A stretch of DNA of 54,801 nt, from assembly GCA_947168965.1 (NCBI GenBank), contig CAMVNW010000002.1, positions 1-54,801 of the forward strand. Direction: 5' to 3'. The notes below the pieces were generated by a model. The model saw only the letters and a program-made list of their open reading frames with translations, was not told where the DNA came from and searched no databases. The DNA comes from an uncultured Bacillales bacterium (GTDB taxonomy: Bacteria; Bacillota_I; Bacilli_A; RF39; UBA660). Of the stretch, positions 46,924-54,801 are shown piece by piece (the stretch's first letter is position 1; each line of letters begins with the position of its first letter). Made by a program: the position numbers and the translations under genes.

Positions 46924-47872
46924 AAAAATAGTAATAATTGGTGGTGGAGTATTAGGATCACAAATCGCATATCAATGTGCATATAATGGATTTGATACAA
47001 CAATATTAATAAGAAAAGAAGATAATAAACCAAAAATAAAAAAATCACTAGAAAAACTAAAAAACACATATATAGATACAATAACAGAAATGACACCAAA
47101 ACATAATTGGGCTAGGGGACTAGGAGACACAAAAAACTTTAATAGAGAAAAGTCACTAGAAAATGCATATAATGCACTAGAAAATATAAAAATAGAAACT
47201 AATCAAAAGAAAGCACTAGAAGATGCTGATTTAGTTATAGAATCAATAACAGAAAATATAGAAATAAAAAGAAACCTATATGAACAAATATCTAGTATAT
47301 TACCAGAAAAAACAGTAATAGTAACAAACTCATCAACACTATTACCATCAAAATTAGCAGATTCTACAAAAAGACCAAACAAATTTTTATCAATGCATTT
47401 TGCAAACTCAATATGGAAAAACAACATAGTAGAAATAATGGGACATGATAAAACAGAACAAAAATATTTTGATGAAATAATTGAATTCGCAAATGCAATA
47501 AGAATGATTCCACTACCTGTTACAAAAGAAAAATCAGGATACTTACTAAACTCAATGTTAGTACCATTCTTAATGAGTGCAATGGACCTATACGCAAATG
47601 GAATATCAGATCCAGAGAGTATAGACGCAGCTTGGACACTTGGAACAGGAGCACCTAAAGGTCCATTCCAAATAATGGATACAGTAGGGCTAGAAACAGT
47701 AAAAAACATAGTAGAACAATATCAAAAAGTTCCAACACTAATAAATCCATTATTAAAGAAAATGATGCTTCCATATAACTATAAAGGCATGTTAAAAATT
47801 GTAAATAAATACATAGAAGAAGGAAAATTAGGAAAATCATCAGGAGAAGGATTTTATAAATACGAAGATTAA
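46913..47872 (+). CDS. 3-hydroxyacyl-CoA dehydrogenase family protein
   Basis: Rossmann motif IVIIGGGVLGSQIA. Conserved ES...E and MHFAN blocks. C-terminal HADH domain (GPFQIMDTVGL). Confidence 0.8.
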   Translation: MEYKKIVIIGGGVLGSQIAYQCAYNGFDTTILIRKEDNKPKIKKSLEKLKNTYIDTITEMTPKHNWARGLGDTKNFNREKSLENAYNALENIKIETNQKKALEDADLVIESITENIEIKRNLYEQISSILPEKTVIVTNSSTLLPSKLADSTKRPNKFLSMHFANSIWKNNIVEIMGHDKTEQKYFDEIIEFANAIRMIPLPVTKEKSGYLLNSMLVPFLMSAMDLYANGISDPESIDAAWTLGTGAPKGPFQIMDTVGLETVKNIVEQYQKVPTLINPLLKKMMLPYNYKGMLKIVNKYIEEGKLGKSSGEGFYKYED

Positions 47873-47887
47873 AAAGTAATAAAATTG

Positions 47888-47914
47888 AAAGATAATGAAT
47901 AATTATCTTTTTTT
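47888..47914 (+). terminator. Rho-independent terminator
   Basis: AAAGATAAT-gaata-ATTATCTTT followed by TTTT. Confidence 0.65.
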
Positions 47915-47936
47915 AATACTTTACACTATAATAAAT

Positions 47937-48014
47937 ATGTGCAAAACCGACTTTTGAACATAAAAAAAAATAATAAAAAAAACAAACTATGTTCAAAACT
48001 ATACTTTTGAACAT
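47937..48014. promoter_or_regulatory. Non-origin cluster of four DnaA-box-like decamers arranged as two inverted pairs
   Basis: ATGTGCAAAA (47937) N5 TTTTGAACAT (47952). ATGTTCAAAA (47989) N6 TTTTGAACAT (48005). Located between the terminators of two convergent genes. Confidence 0.45.
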
Positions 48015-48020
48015 AAATAA

Positions 48021-48050
48021 AAAATAAAAAAAGAGTTTTCAACAACTCTT
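48021..48050 (-). terminator. Rho-independent terminator after the SNF2 gene
   Basis: Minus strand reads AAGAGTT-gttgaa-AACTCTT followed by TTTTTATTTT, starting right after the stop codon. Confidence 0.55.
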
Positions 48051-51000
48051 TTAATCTTCACTATAAGAAAGTAAATTCTTAATCTCCTCCTCATTTAGAG
48101 AATTAAGAACATTAGTTTCTTTACCCTCAATTAAATTATCACTAAGTAGCTTTTTCTTTTCCTGTAACTCAATGATTTTTTCTTCAATAGTACCACGAGT
48201 AATAAACTTAATAACACTTACTTTCTTAGTTTGTCCAATTCTATGAGCCCTATCAGTAGCTTGATTCTCAACCTGTGGATTCCACCAAATATCCAAGTGA
48301 ATTACTACATCAGCTCCAACTAGATTAAGACCTGTTCCACCACTTTTTAAAGTAATCAAAAAACAATTAGTAGAATCATGATTAAACTTATCAACAAGCT
48401 CCATACGAGTACGACTTTTAACATCACCGGAAATCACATAACTAGAAATATTATTAGAATCAAATAAAACCTTAACCCTATCAACAACAGTTTTAAAACT
48501 AGAAAATATTAAAATTTTATGACCATCACTAACATAATTTTTTACAGTTTCAAGTAGCCTTTCCATTTTGATAACGTCTCCACTATAATTATCAAATAAA
48601 ATATTAGGATCAACACAAACCTGTCTTAACTTCATAAGTAATTGTAAAACCTTAAACCTTGCCTTACCAATTCCTTCATTAGAAAGGATTTCTTTAAATT
48701 CACGTTCACTTTCCTTAAGAACACTTAAATATAACTTCTTCTGACTGACAGGTAAATCAAGATAAATATTATTCTCAATCTTATCAGGCAAATCATGAAT
48801 AACATCATTCTTCTTACGTCTTAAAATAAAAGGTTGAATCTGATAATTCAAATTAACAAGCTTATCCAAAGAATCACTGTCAACATCATGAATTCCATAT
48901 TTTTCCTTAAATCTCAAAATACTACCTAGATAACCAGGCATAATAAAATCGAAAATACTCCATAATTCTAAAACAGAATTCTCTAGAGGAGTACCAGTTA
49001 AAGCAATTTTAGTACGAGCTTTAATCTTTTTAATCTCCTTTGTCATACCAGCTTGATAATTCTTAATTGCTTGAGCCTCATCAATAATACATACTTCAAA
49101 ATTCTTATCCTCATACTCATCATTATCATTACGGATTAATCCATAAGAAGTGATAAAAATATTATACTTATCAAAATCATTAATAATTTCTAACCTTTTA
49201 GACTTATTATCAAAAACAGTAACATATTTTAAATCATTACCAAACTTATCAAACTCTTTTTTCCAATTATAAACTAAAGAAGTAGGACAAACTATCATAA
49301 TTTTAGAATCTGGTTTTTCAAGTAAAACCTGCTTAATAAAACAAATAGTCTGTAAACTTTTACCTAAACCCATCTCATCAGCTAAAATACCGCCCAAATC
49401 ACATTTGTATAAAGTATATAACCACTTTACACCATCCCTTTGATAATCACGAAGAACATTATTATCATCACCAAAATCGATAGAAATCTCTTTATATTTA
49501 TTAAAATTATCAATAAACTTATCAAAAGAATTATCAGTTTTAATAGACTTATACTTATTTCTTCTTAAACTATCAATATATAAAGCACGATACTTAGGAA
49601 TAATAATATTACCATTTAAGTCACGAGTAGACAATTCTAAATCATTAAACAAATCATTCAATTCATTTAATTCACTATTATTATTTAAATCAATTATATT
49701 ACCATTTTTTAATTTATAATATTTCTTATTTTTCTTCAAAGAAGAAAGTACTTTATCTAACTCAGAAACATCAATATTGTCAGTATCAAAATTATAAGAC
49801 ATAATTCCATCAGTACCAATACTGAAATTAGATCGAATATTAGTTTTTTTCAAAATAGAAACCTCATCTATTTTTTTAGAAGTAAAAATATTGTATCTTT
49901 CGCCTAAAATATGAATTCCATTACTTAAGAAATCTCCAATATTATCAATATCTACAAGAACAATTCTATTATTATCAATAGAAAAACCAAAAGAACAAAT
50001 ATCATTAACAACATTATTTTCAAAACTAACATCACGAACAACAACGCTAGAAGAATCAAAATAATTAACAACACAATCTCCATAATTAAATTCAATCTTA
50101 CAATCAATAATATCACGATTTAAATCAAAATATATATTACAATTAGGTTCCCCAGTAACAACAACATCATCTATATCATCATCAATAGAAATATTACTTT
50201 TAATACTTTGAAGTAAACCATTTTTAAAAAGTTCAACATGCTCCTTATCAATTATCAAAGACATAAGATTATTATTCATCATAGAACAAATTAAAGTAGA
50301 ATAATTATTGGGTAAAACATATAATATATGATTATAAACACAATATTTAAAATCACTACCAATAAACTTATATTTATCAAAATCATCAATAGACAATTCA
50401 TACTTTTCATTTACCTTACTTAAACTAAAACCTGTAGGAATAGAATGAACAACATCACTAATAAGACCAATCCCAACAATAGAAAAAGTATGATGAACTA
50501 GTTTATCAAACAAACTTGATAATTCTCTGTCACTTAATTCAAACGGATTATACCTATAATAATAACCCCTATTTTTAATATAACCAAACAAATAATTTAA
50601 TAAATCCAAATCATCAGACTTAATAAAATGAATGCTAGGATTATAAGTAAAATTAACACCAAACTCATATTCCTCATTATTTCTATAAGCATCCATAAAA
50701 CTTTCAAATTTAGACTCACGATTAATAAGATATTTTTTCTTTAAACCGATATAAATCTTAAAAGTAGAAACACTTTTACTAAAATCAAGTTCAACAAGAA
50801 CATTAATAGCTTCCTTAATACCAACATCATTTTTAAAACACTCTAAAATTCCATTAGAAATATCAAGATCAGTATGAGCATTTTCTAAAATTAAATCCCC
50901 ATAATTAATAAGACACGCACAAACATGTTTACAAGTATGATTCTTACTAAACTCATCACACTCACAGTAAAAAGAAATAATAGAATCGTGACGAGTAATA

Positions 51001-51179
51001 ATATTAACATCATAATAATAACTAAGATGTTGAGAATTAACCTTAAAAATATGGACTAAATCATTCTTACCTCTATCAACAGTATCATAAAAAGAAATAT
51101 CATTTTTAGGAATACTTAAAGCATTTGAAACTGAAGTTTTACCAAAAATTTTAAAAGCCAAATCCAAAAACTTACTCAC
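48051..51179 (-). CDS. SWIM zinc-finger / SNF2-family helicase (YwqA-like)
   Basis: N-terminal SWIM (CECDEFSKNHTCKHVCA). SNF2 N-domain (LADEMGLGKSLQ, DEAQAIKN). Helicase C (SLKSGGTGLNL, QATDRAHRIGQ). The track GTG at 51188 lies inside GAGGTGA, so I chose the GTG at 51179. Confidence 0.85.
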   Translation of the reverse strand: MSKFLDLAFKIFGKTSVSNALSIPKNDISFYDTVDRGKNDLVHIFKVNSQHLSYYYDVNIITRHDSIISFYCECDEFSKNHTCKHVCACLINYGDLILENAHTDLDISNGILECFKNDVGIKEAINVLVELDFSKSVSTFKIYIGLKKKYLINRESKFESFMDAYRNNEEYEFGVNFTYNPSIHFIKSDDLDLLNYLFGYIKNRGYYYRYNPFELSDRELSSLFDKLVHHTFSIVGIGLISDVVHSIPTGFSLSKVNEKYELSIDDFDKYKFIGSDFKYCVYNHILYVLPNNYSTLICSMMNNNLMSLIIDKEHVELFKNGLLQSIKSNISIDDDIDDVVVTGEPNCNIYFDLNRDIIDCKIEFNYGDCVVNYFDSSSVVVRDVSFENNVVNDICSFGFSIDNNRIVLVDIDNIGDFLSNGIHILGERYNIFTSKKIDEVSILKKTNIRSNFSIGTDGIMSYNFDTDNIDVSELDKVLSSLKKNKKYYKLKNGNIIDLNNNSELNELNDLFNDLELSTRDLNGNIIIPKYRALYIDSLRRNKYKSIKTDNSFDKFIDNFNKYKEISIDFGDDNNVLRDYQRDGVKWLYTLYKCDLGGILADEMGLGKSLQTICFIKQVLLEKPDSKIMIVCPTSLVYNWKKEFDKFGNDLKYVTVFDNKSKRLEIINDFDKYNIFITSYGLIRNDNDEYEDKNFEVCIIDEAQAIKNYQAGMTKEIKKIKARTKIALTGTPLENSVLELWSIFDFIMPGYLGSILRFKEKYGIHDVDSDSLDKLVNLNYQIQPFILRRKKNDVIHDLPDKIENNIYLDLPVSQKKLYLSVLKESEREFKEILSNEGIGKARFKVLQLLMKLRQVCVDPNILFDNYSGDVIKMERLLETVKNYVSDGHKILIFSSFKTVVDRVKVLFDSNNISSYVISGDVKSRTRMELVDKFNHDSTNCFLITLKSGGTGLNLVGADVVIHLDIWWNPQVENQATDRAHRIGQTKKVSVIKFITRGTIEEKIIELQEKKKLLSDNLIEGKETNVLNSLNEEEIKNLLSYSED

Positions 51180-51375
51180 AAGAATCACCTCAAACCATTA
51201 TTCTAACACAATAAAAACCTTAAAACAACAAATAAAATAAAAATAATTAACAATAAATAAATTATTATGAATGTGTAAAAAAAACGGTTAATTAAAAAAG
51301 AAAAATAAACCCCAAAAACAACTTTACAATAAAAAAAACGTGTGTTAAAATAAAACATCAATAGGACGTGGTAGT

Positions 51376-52137
51376 ATGTATAAATCCTTTGAACTTGTAA
51401 TATGTATTGACAAAAATGGATATAAAAAAGAAGTACTTGAAAGAGGCACCTTAGAAGAAATATATAAAATAACAACAAAATATGAAAATTCAGAAGAGAT
51501 CAGAAGCGATTATGAATACCTAGAAAAAATAGAAGAATTTCAAGAGAAATATGGAAAATACATGACAGAACTTACTGATAAAAATTCAAAAATAGAAAAA
51601 GGAGATATAACGATTATTGATCCGGAAATATCAGAATCAAATAAGAAACTAGAAAAATCAAAACAAAAAAATCCAAGGAAAAAGATAATATATAAACCAC
51701 AAATAGAAGAATTAAAAATAATAAAAGAAGATAAGCAATTTGAACAATATCTAAAAAATAATTATTATAGAGAATATTGCATAATTCAAATCTTAAAAAC
51801 AGACAAATTAAACTTAAATGAAGAATTAGTGTGGGGTATATTTGAAATAATAAGAATATATAGACTATATGCAAAGCAAAATAATAAACTATCACCAGAA
51901 GCAATATACAATCATATAAAAAAGACAAAACAAATACTTCAAGCATATCAAATGTTATATGAGAATGAAGTGCTAGATAACTATCAAGGGATATATGATG
52001 AATCAAATAATGAACCGACGGAGCCAGAAAAATTAGAAGCATATGAAATAGATTTTATAGCTGAACATAGAGACGAAAAAAAATATGATATACAACCAAA
52101 TAAGGTAAAAAAATATAAAAAACAGTGGGGGAAATAA
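51376..52137 (+). CDS. Hypothetical protein (253 aa)
   Basis: SD AGGACGTGG. Lys/Glu-rich, with no motif I recognise. Divergent from the SNF2 gene. Confidence 0.45.
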   Translation: MYKSFELVICIDKNGYKKEVLERGTLEEIYKITTKYENSEEIRSDYEYLEKIEEFQEKYGKYMTELTDKNSKIEKGDITIIDPEISESNKKLEKSKQKNPRKKIIYKPQIEELKIIKEDKQFEQYLKNNYYREYCIIQILKTDKLNLNEELVWGIFEIIRIYRLYAKQNNKLSPEAIYNHIKKTKQILQAYQMLYENEVLDNYQGIYDESNNEPTEPEKLEAYEIDFIAEHRDEKKYDIQPNKVKKYKKQWGK

Positions 52138-52139
52138 AA

Positions 52140-52307
52140 ATGACAGAAAGAATTATATGTGACAAAGAATTAATAAGAAAATTAGTAAGAAAAGATGCCA
52201 AAACATTAGTTATACAATTTGATAAAAAATCAAGGAAAGCATACTACAAAACAGATACAATGCCAAAAAAATTACCAATAGATATTTCAAGAGTAAAAGA
52301 CTTATAA
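52140..52307 (+). CDS. Hypothetical small basic protein (55 aa)
   Basis: ATG at 52140 follows GGGGGAA, 2 nt after the upstream stop. Followed by a terminator. Confidence 0.4.
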   Translation: MTERIICDKELIRKLVRKDAKTLVIQFDKKSRKAYYKTDTMPKKLPIDISRVKDL

Positions 52308-52322
52308 TTTACTCTTTTTTTA
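52290..52322 (+). terminator. Rho-independent terminator
   Basis: AGAGTAAA-10 nt-TTTACTCT followed by TTTTTT. Confidence 0.6.
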
Positions 52323-52398
52323 TGCTCCAAAATGACTATTTGAAAAATCTACAAAATGTGTTATTATATATACGGAAAAAAAGAAAAGAAGTGGAAAA

Positions 52399-53139
52399 AT
52401 GGAGAGAAAAACAGTACTAATAACAGGTGCGTCTAAAGGACTTGGAGCTGCAATCGCAAAAGTATTCGCAAAGAACAATCATAATATAATATTAAACTAT
52501 AATAATAGTGAAGAAAGAGCCATAGAGTTAGCCGAAGAACTAAAAAAGTATAACGTAGAAGTATTACCAATTAAAGCAGATATGACAAATGAAGAAGAAA
52601 TAAAAAATATGGTAAATAAGTCTATAGAAAAATTCCAAAAAATAGACGTTCTAGTAAATAATGCAGGGATTGCAATAGATACAACATTTGAGGACAAAAC
52701 TAAAGAAAACTTTATTAAAACAATAGATACAAATCTAATTGGACCATTCCTAGTATCAAGATATGTAGGAGAGACAATGTTAAAAGAAAAACAAGGTAAT
52801 ATAATAAACATATCATCCACAAATGGAATAGATACATATTACGAATATAGTCTAGACTACGATGCATCAAAAGCAGGACTAATCTCACTAACACATAATC
52901 TTGCCTTACATTACGCCCCATATATAAGAGTAAACTGTATCGCACCAGGATGGATAAATACAGAAATGAATAAAGAATTAGATAAAGACTATATAAAAGA
53001 AGAAGAAGCAAAAATACTTCTAAATAGATTCGCAGAACCAGAAGAAATTGCCAAAGTAGTATACTTTCTATCAACAGAAGACGCTAAATACATAAACAAT
53101 GAAACAATAAGAGTAGATGGAGGAACAATACATGCATAA
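52399..53139 (+). CDS. Short-chain dehydrogenase/reductase, FabG-like
   Basis: TGASKGLG, NNAG and YDASK motifs. 246 aa. Confidence 0.85.
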   Translation: MERKTVLITGASKGLGAAIAKVFAKNNHNIILNYNNSEERAIELAEELKKYNVEVLPIKADMTNEEEIKNMVNKSIEKFQKIDVLVNNAGIAIDTTFEDKTKENFIKTIDTNLIGPFLVSRYVGETMLKEKQGNIINISSTNGIDTYYEYSLDYDASKAGLISLTHNLALHYAPYIRVNCIAPGWINTEMNKELDKDYIKEEEAKILLNRFAEPEEIAKVVYFLSTEDAKYINNETIRVDGGTIHA

Positions 53140-54388
53140 CCTATTAAATATAAAAGAATCAACTTGGAATCTTATTAAAGAAGAAGAAAAAAATATTGAA
53201 AAACAACTAAATGAAGTAGATGAAATATGTGCATATAACAGTGCTAAAATACTAAAAGCATTCCAAGATAATAAAGTATCAGAAGTACACTTTAATGAAA
53301 CAACAGGATATGGATATAATGACATAGGAAGAGACACAATAGAAGATATATATAAAGATATATTTAAAGCAGAAGATGCACTAGTAAGAGGGCAATTCAT
53401 ATCAGGATCACATGCACTAACAGTTGCTCTATTCGCACTATTAAGACCAAATGATATAATGTTATCAATAACAGGAAAACCATATGATACACTAGACGAA
53501 GTAATAGGAATAGAAGAAAATGATAGTTCACTAAAATCATTTAACATAAATTATGAACAAATAGACTTGATAGATAATGACTTTGACTATGAAAAAATAA
53601 AAGAAGTATTAACAAACAAAAAAATAAAATTAATAGAAATACAAAGATCAAAAGGATACTCAACAAGAAAAAGTATTACGTTAGATAAAGTAGAAAAAGT
53701 AATAAAATTCATAAAAGAAATAGATAAAGAAGTAATAATCATGATAGATAACTGTTACTGTGAATTAGTAGGAAAGCAAGAACCAATAGAAGTAGGAGCA
53801 GACATAGCAGTAGGTTCACTTATAAAAAATCTAGGTGGTGGAATCGCACCTAATGGAGCATACATAGTAGGAAAAAAAGATCTAATAAAACTATGTGCTG
53901 AAAGATTAACACTACCAGGAGAAGGAAAAGAAGTAGGGCCAACACTAGGAATAAACAAACAATTCTTACAAGGATTATACCTAGCACCAAAAGTCGTTTC
54001 TAACGCATTAAAAACAGCTATTCTAACAAGTAAAGTACTAGAAACACTAGGATATCAAGTAGAACCAACCTACAACGAACCAAGAGCAGATATAGTACAA
54101 AACATAATATTTAATGATGAACAAAAACTAATAAAATATTGCCAAGGAATACAATCAGGATCTGCAATAGATTCCTACGTAATACCACAACCATGGGATA
54201 TGCCAGGGTATACAAGTAAAGTAATAATGGCTGCAGGAACATTTACACAAGGTTCCTCAATTGAACTATCATGTGATGGACCAATAAGACCACCTTATAT
54301 CGCATATCAACAAGGAAGTCTAACATACGAATATGGAAAAATTGGACTAGCCAAAGCAATAGAAAAGTTGGAGGAACAAAATGATTAA
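53132..54388 (+). CDS. YnbB / aluminium-resistance-family PLP-dependent enzyme (Met gamma-lyase-like fold)
   Basis: ETTGYGYNDIGRD ... ALVRGQFISGSHAL ... SLIKNLGGGIAPNGAY are family hallmarks. The ATG at 53132 lies 7 nt after GGAGGA and overlaps the SDR stop. Confidence 0.8.
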   Translation: MHNLLNIKESTWNLIKEEEKNIEKQLNEVDEICAYNSAKILKAFQDNKVSEVHFNETTGYGYNDIGRDTIEDIYKDIFKAEDALVRGQFISGSHALTVALFALLRPNDIMLSITGKPYDTLDEVIGIEENDSSLKSFNINYEQIDLIDNDFDYEKIKEVLTNKKIKLIEIQRSKGYSTRKSITLDKVEKVIKFIKEIDKEVIIMIDNCYCELVGKQEPIEVGADIAVGSLIKNLGGGIAPNGAYIVGKKDLIKLCAERLTLPGEGKEVGPTLGINKQFLQGLYLAPKVVSNALKTAILTSKVLETLGYQVEPTYNEPRADIVQNIIFNDEQKLIKYCQGIQSGSAIDSYVIPQPWDMPGYTSKVIMAAGTFTQGSSIELSCDGPIRPPYIAYQQGSLTYEYGKIGLAKAIEKLEEQND

Positions 54389-54680
54389 AACAAACAAACA
54401 AAATGATATAGATACACTATTAAATGATTTAGGAATAGAACTAAATATAGAAAACACACAATTAAAACAAAGAAGTAACGGACTACTATTATCAGACGAA
54501 CAAATAAATATACTAAAAAATCATAATATAAACTATGAACAATATCAAACACTAGAAAGTCTTATATTTGCAATAGAAGACTATATAAACGATGTACAAG
54601 GATATATGGATATAACAGACATAGATGAACTATCAAGACAATTATCAGAACAAAACTATTACAATAATACAAATAAATAA
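54381..54680 (+). CDS. Hypothetical protein (99 aa)
   Basis: SD GGAGGAA. Overlaps the upstream stop. No recognisable motif. Confidence 0.4.
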   Translation: MIKTNKQNDIDTLLNDLGIELNIENTQLKQRSNGLLLSDEQINILKNHNINYEQYQTLESLIFAIEDYINDVQGYMDITDIDELSRQLSEQNYYNNTNK

Positions 54681-54762
54681 GTGCAGACATCTGTACTTTT
54701 TATATAGACACAAAAACAACAAAAGAGTATAATGTAAACATGAATCAAAGGAAGTGACCAAA

Positions 54763-54801
54763 ATGATATACTTAGACCACGCCGCAAATACAAAAGTTGA
54801 T
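54763..54801 (+). CDS. Class V aminotransferase / cysteine desulfurase-like protein, first 13 codons only
   Basis: MIYLDHAANTKVD after the SD AAAGGAAG. The IYLDHAA(T/N)T opening is typical of NifS/IscS-type enzymes. Truncated by the window edge. TAGACA-17 nt-TATAAT lies upstream. Confidence 0.45.
   Translation, partial: MIYLDHAANTKVD

Noticed and set aside
45917-47872. tRNA-His followed by tag, DUF3781 and a dehydrogenase, considered as a possible tRNA-targeted genomic island
   Set aside because: There is no integrase, no direct repeat of the tRNA 3' end downstream that I could find, no compositional break visible by eye, and the genes are ordinary housekeeping types.
48051-51179. SNF2 helicase considered as a component of DISARM, BREX or another defence system
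   Set aside because: The SWIM + SNF2_assoc + SNF2 + HelicC architecture matches the widespread YwqA-type housekeeping protein. No methyltransferase, DUF1998, PLD or nuclease partner is nearby.
1-54801. Search for parS (TGTTNCACGTGAAACA) and full Noc-binding palindromes (ATTTCCCGGGAAAT)
   Set aside because: The only CACGTG cores I found (about 12309 in mnmG, about 41694 in typA) lack palindromic flanks. Isolated ATTTCCC/GGGAAAT heptamers (11217, 28753, 52131) occur at roughly the frequency expected by chance. This was a search by eye and could have missed degenerate sites.

Overview
This window is the chromosomal replication-origin region of a very AT-rich, endospore-forming Firmicute (roughly 25-30% G+C by eye, not computed). 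Gene order resembles Bacillus. Left of about 6.4 kb the genes read on the minus strand: gyrB (partial), recF, a ComK-family gene, dnaN, dnaA. Right of about 6.9 kb almost everything reads on the plus strand. In order: rpmH-rnpA-yidC-jag-mnmE-mnmG-rsmG-noc; uvrB, lgt, yvcK-whiA; a DHH phosphoesterase-rplI-dnaB-yycJ-like-rlmH; spoIIR-mntP, fba, murA, rpmE, rpiB; ywzB-like-spoIID-spoIIQ-like-spoIIID-mreB/mbl; typA, ddl, cotJ genes, tRNA-His, tag; a SWIM/SNF2 helicase, an SDR, a YnbB-like PLP enzyme, and the first 13 codons of a cysteine-desulfurase-like gene. A bipartite oriC flanks dnaA. I saw no rRNA, CRISPR array, transposase, integrase or recognisable prophage or defence island, so this is mostly core genome. 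I cannot point to a convincing new multi-gene system. The best leads are: (1) an unusual DnaA-box-like decamer, TTWTGMACAT, that builds oriC and recurs as tight clusters at two non-origin intergenic sites and inside dnaA and dnaN; (2) a ComK-family gene where yaaA normally sits between dnaN and recF; (3) an orphan Noc-type ParB with a long acidic insertion and half-NBS-like repeats in its promoter; (4) several uncharacterised small operons (NUDIX plus a membrane protein, a typA-coupled unknown, a divergent XRE pair, and a two-gene unit divergent from the SNF2 helicase). The ORF track misses gyrB (runs off the edge), rpmH (40 aa), tRNA-His and the terminal partial gene. Several track N-termini are over-extended through the true Shine-Dalgarno sequence, and I corrected those starts.
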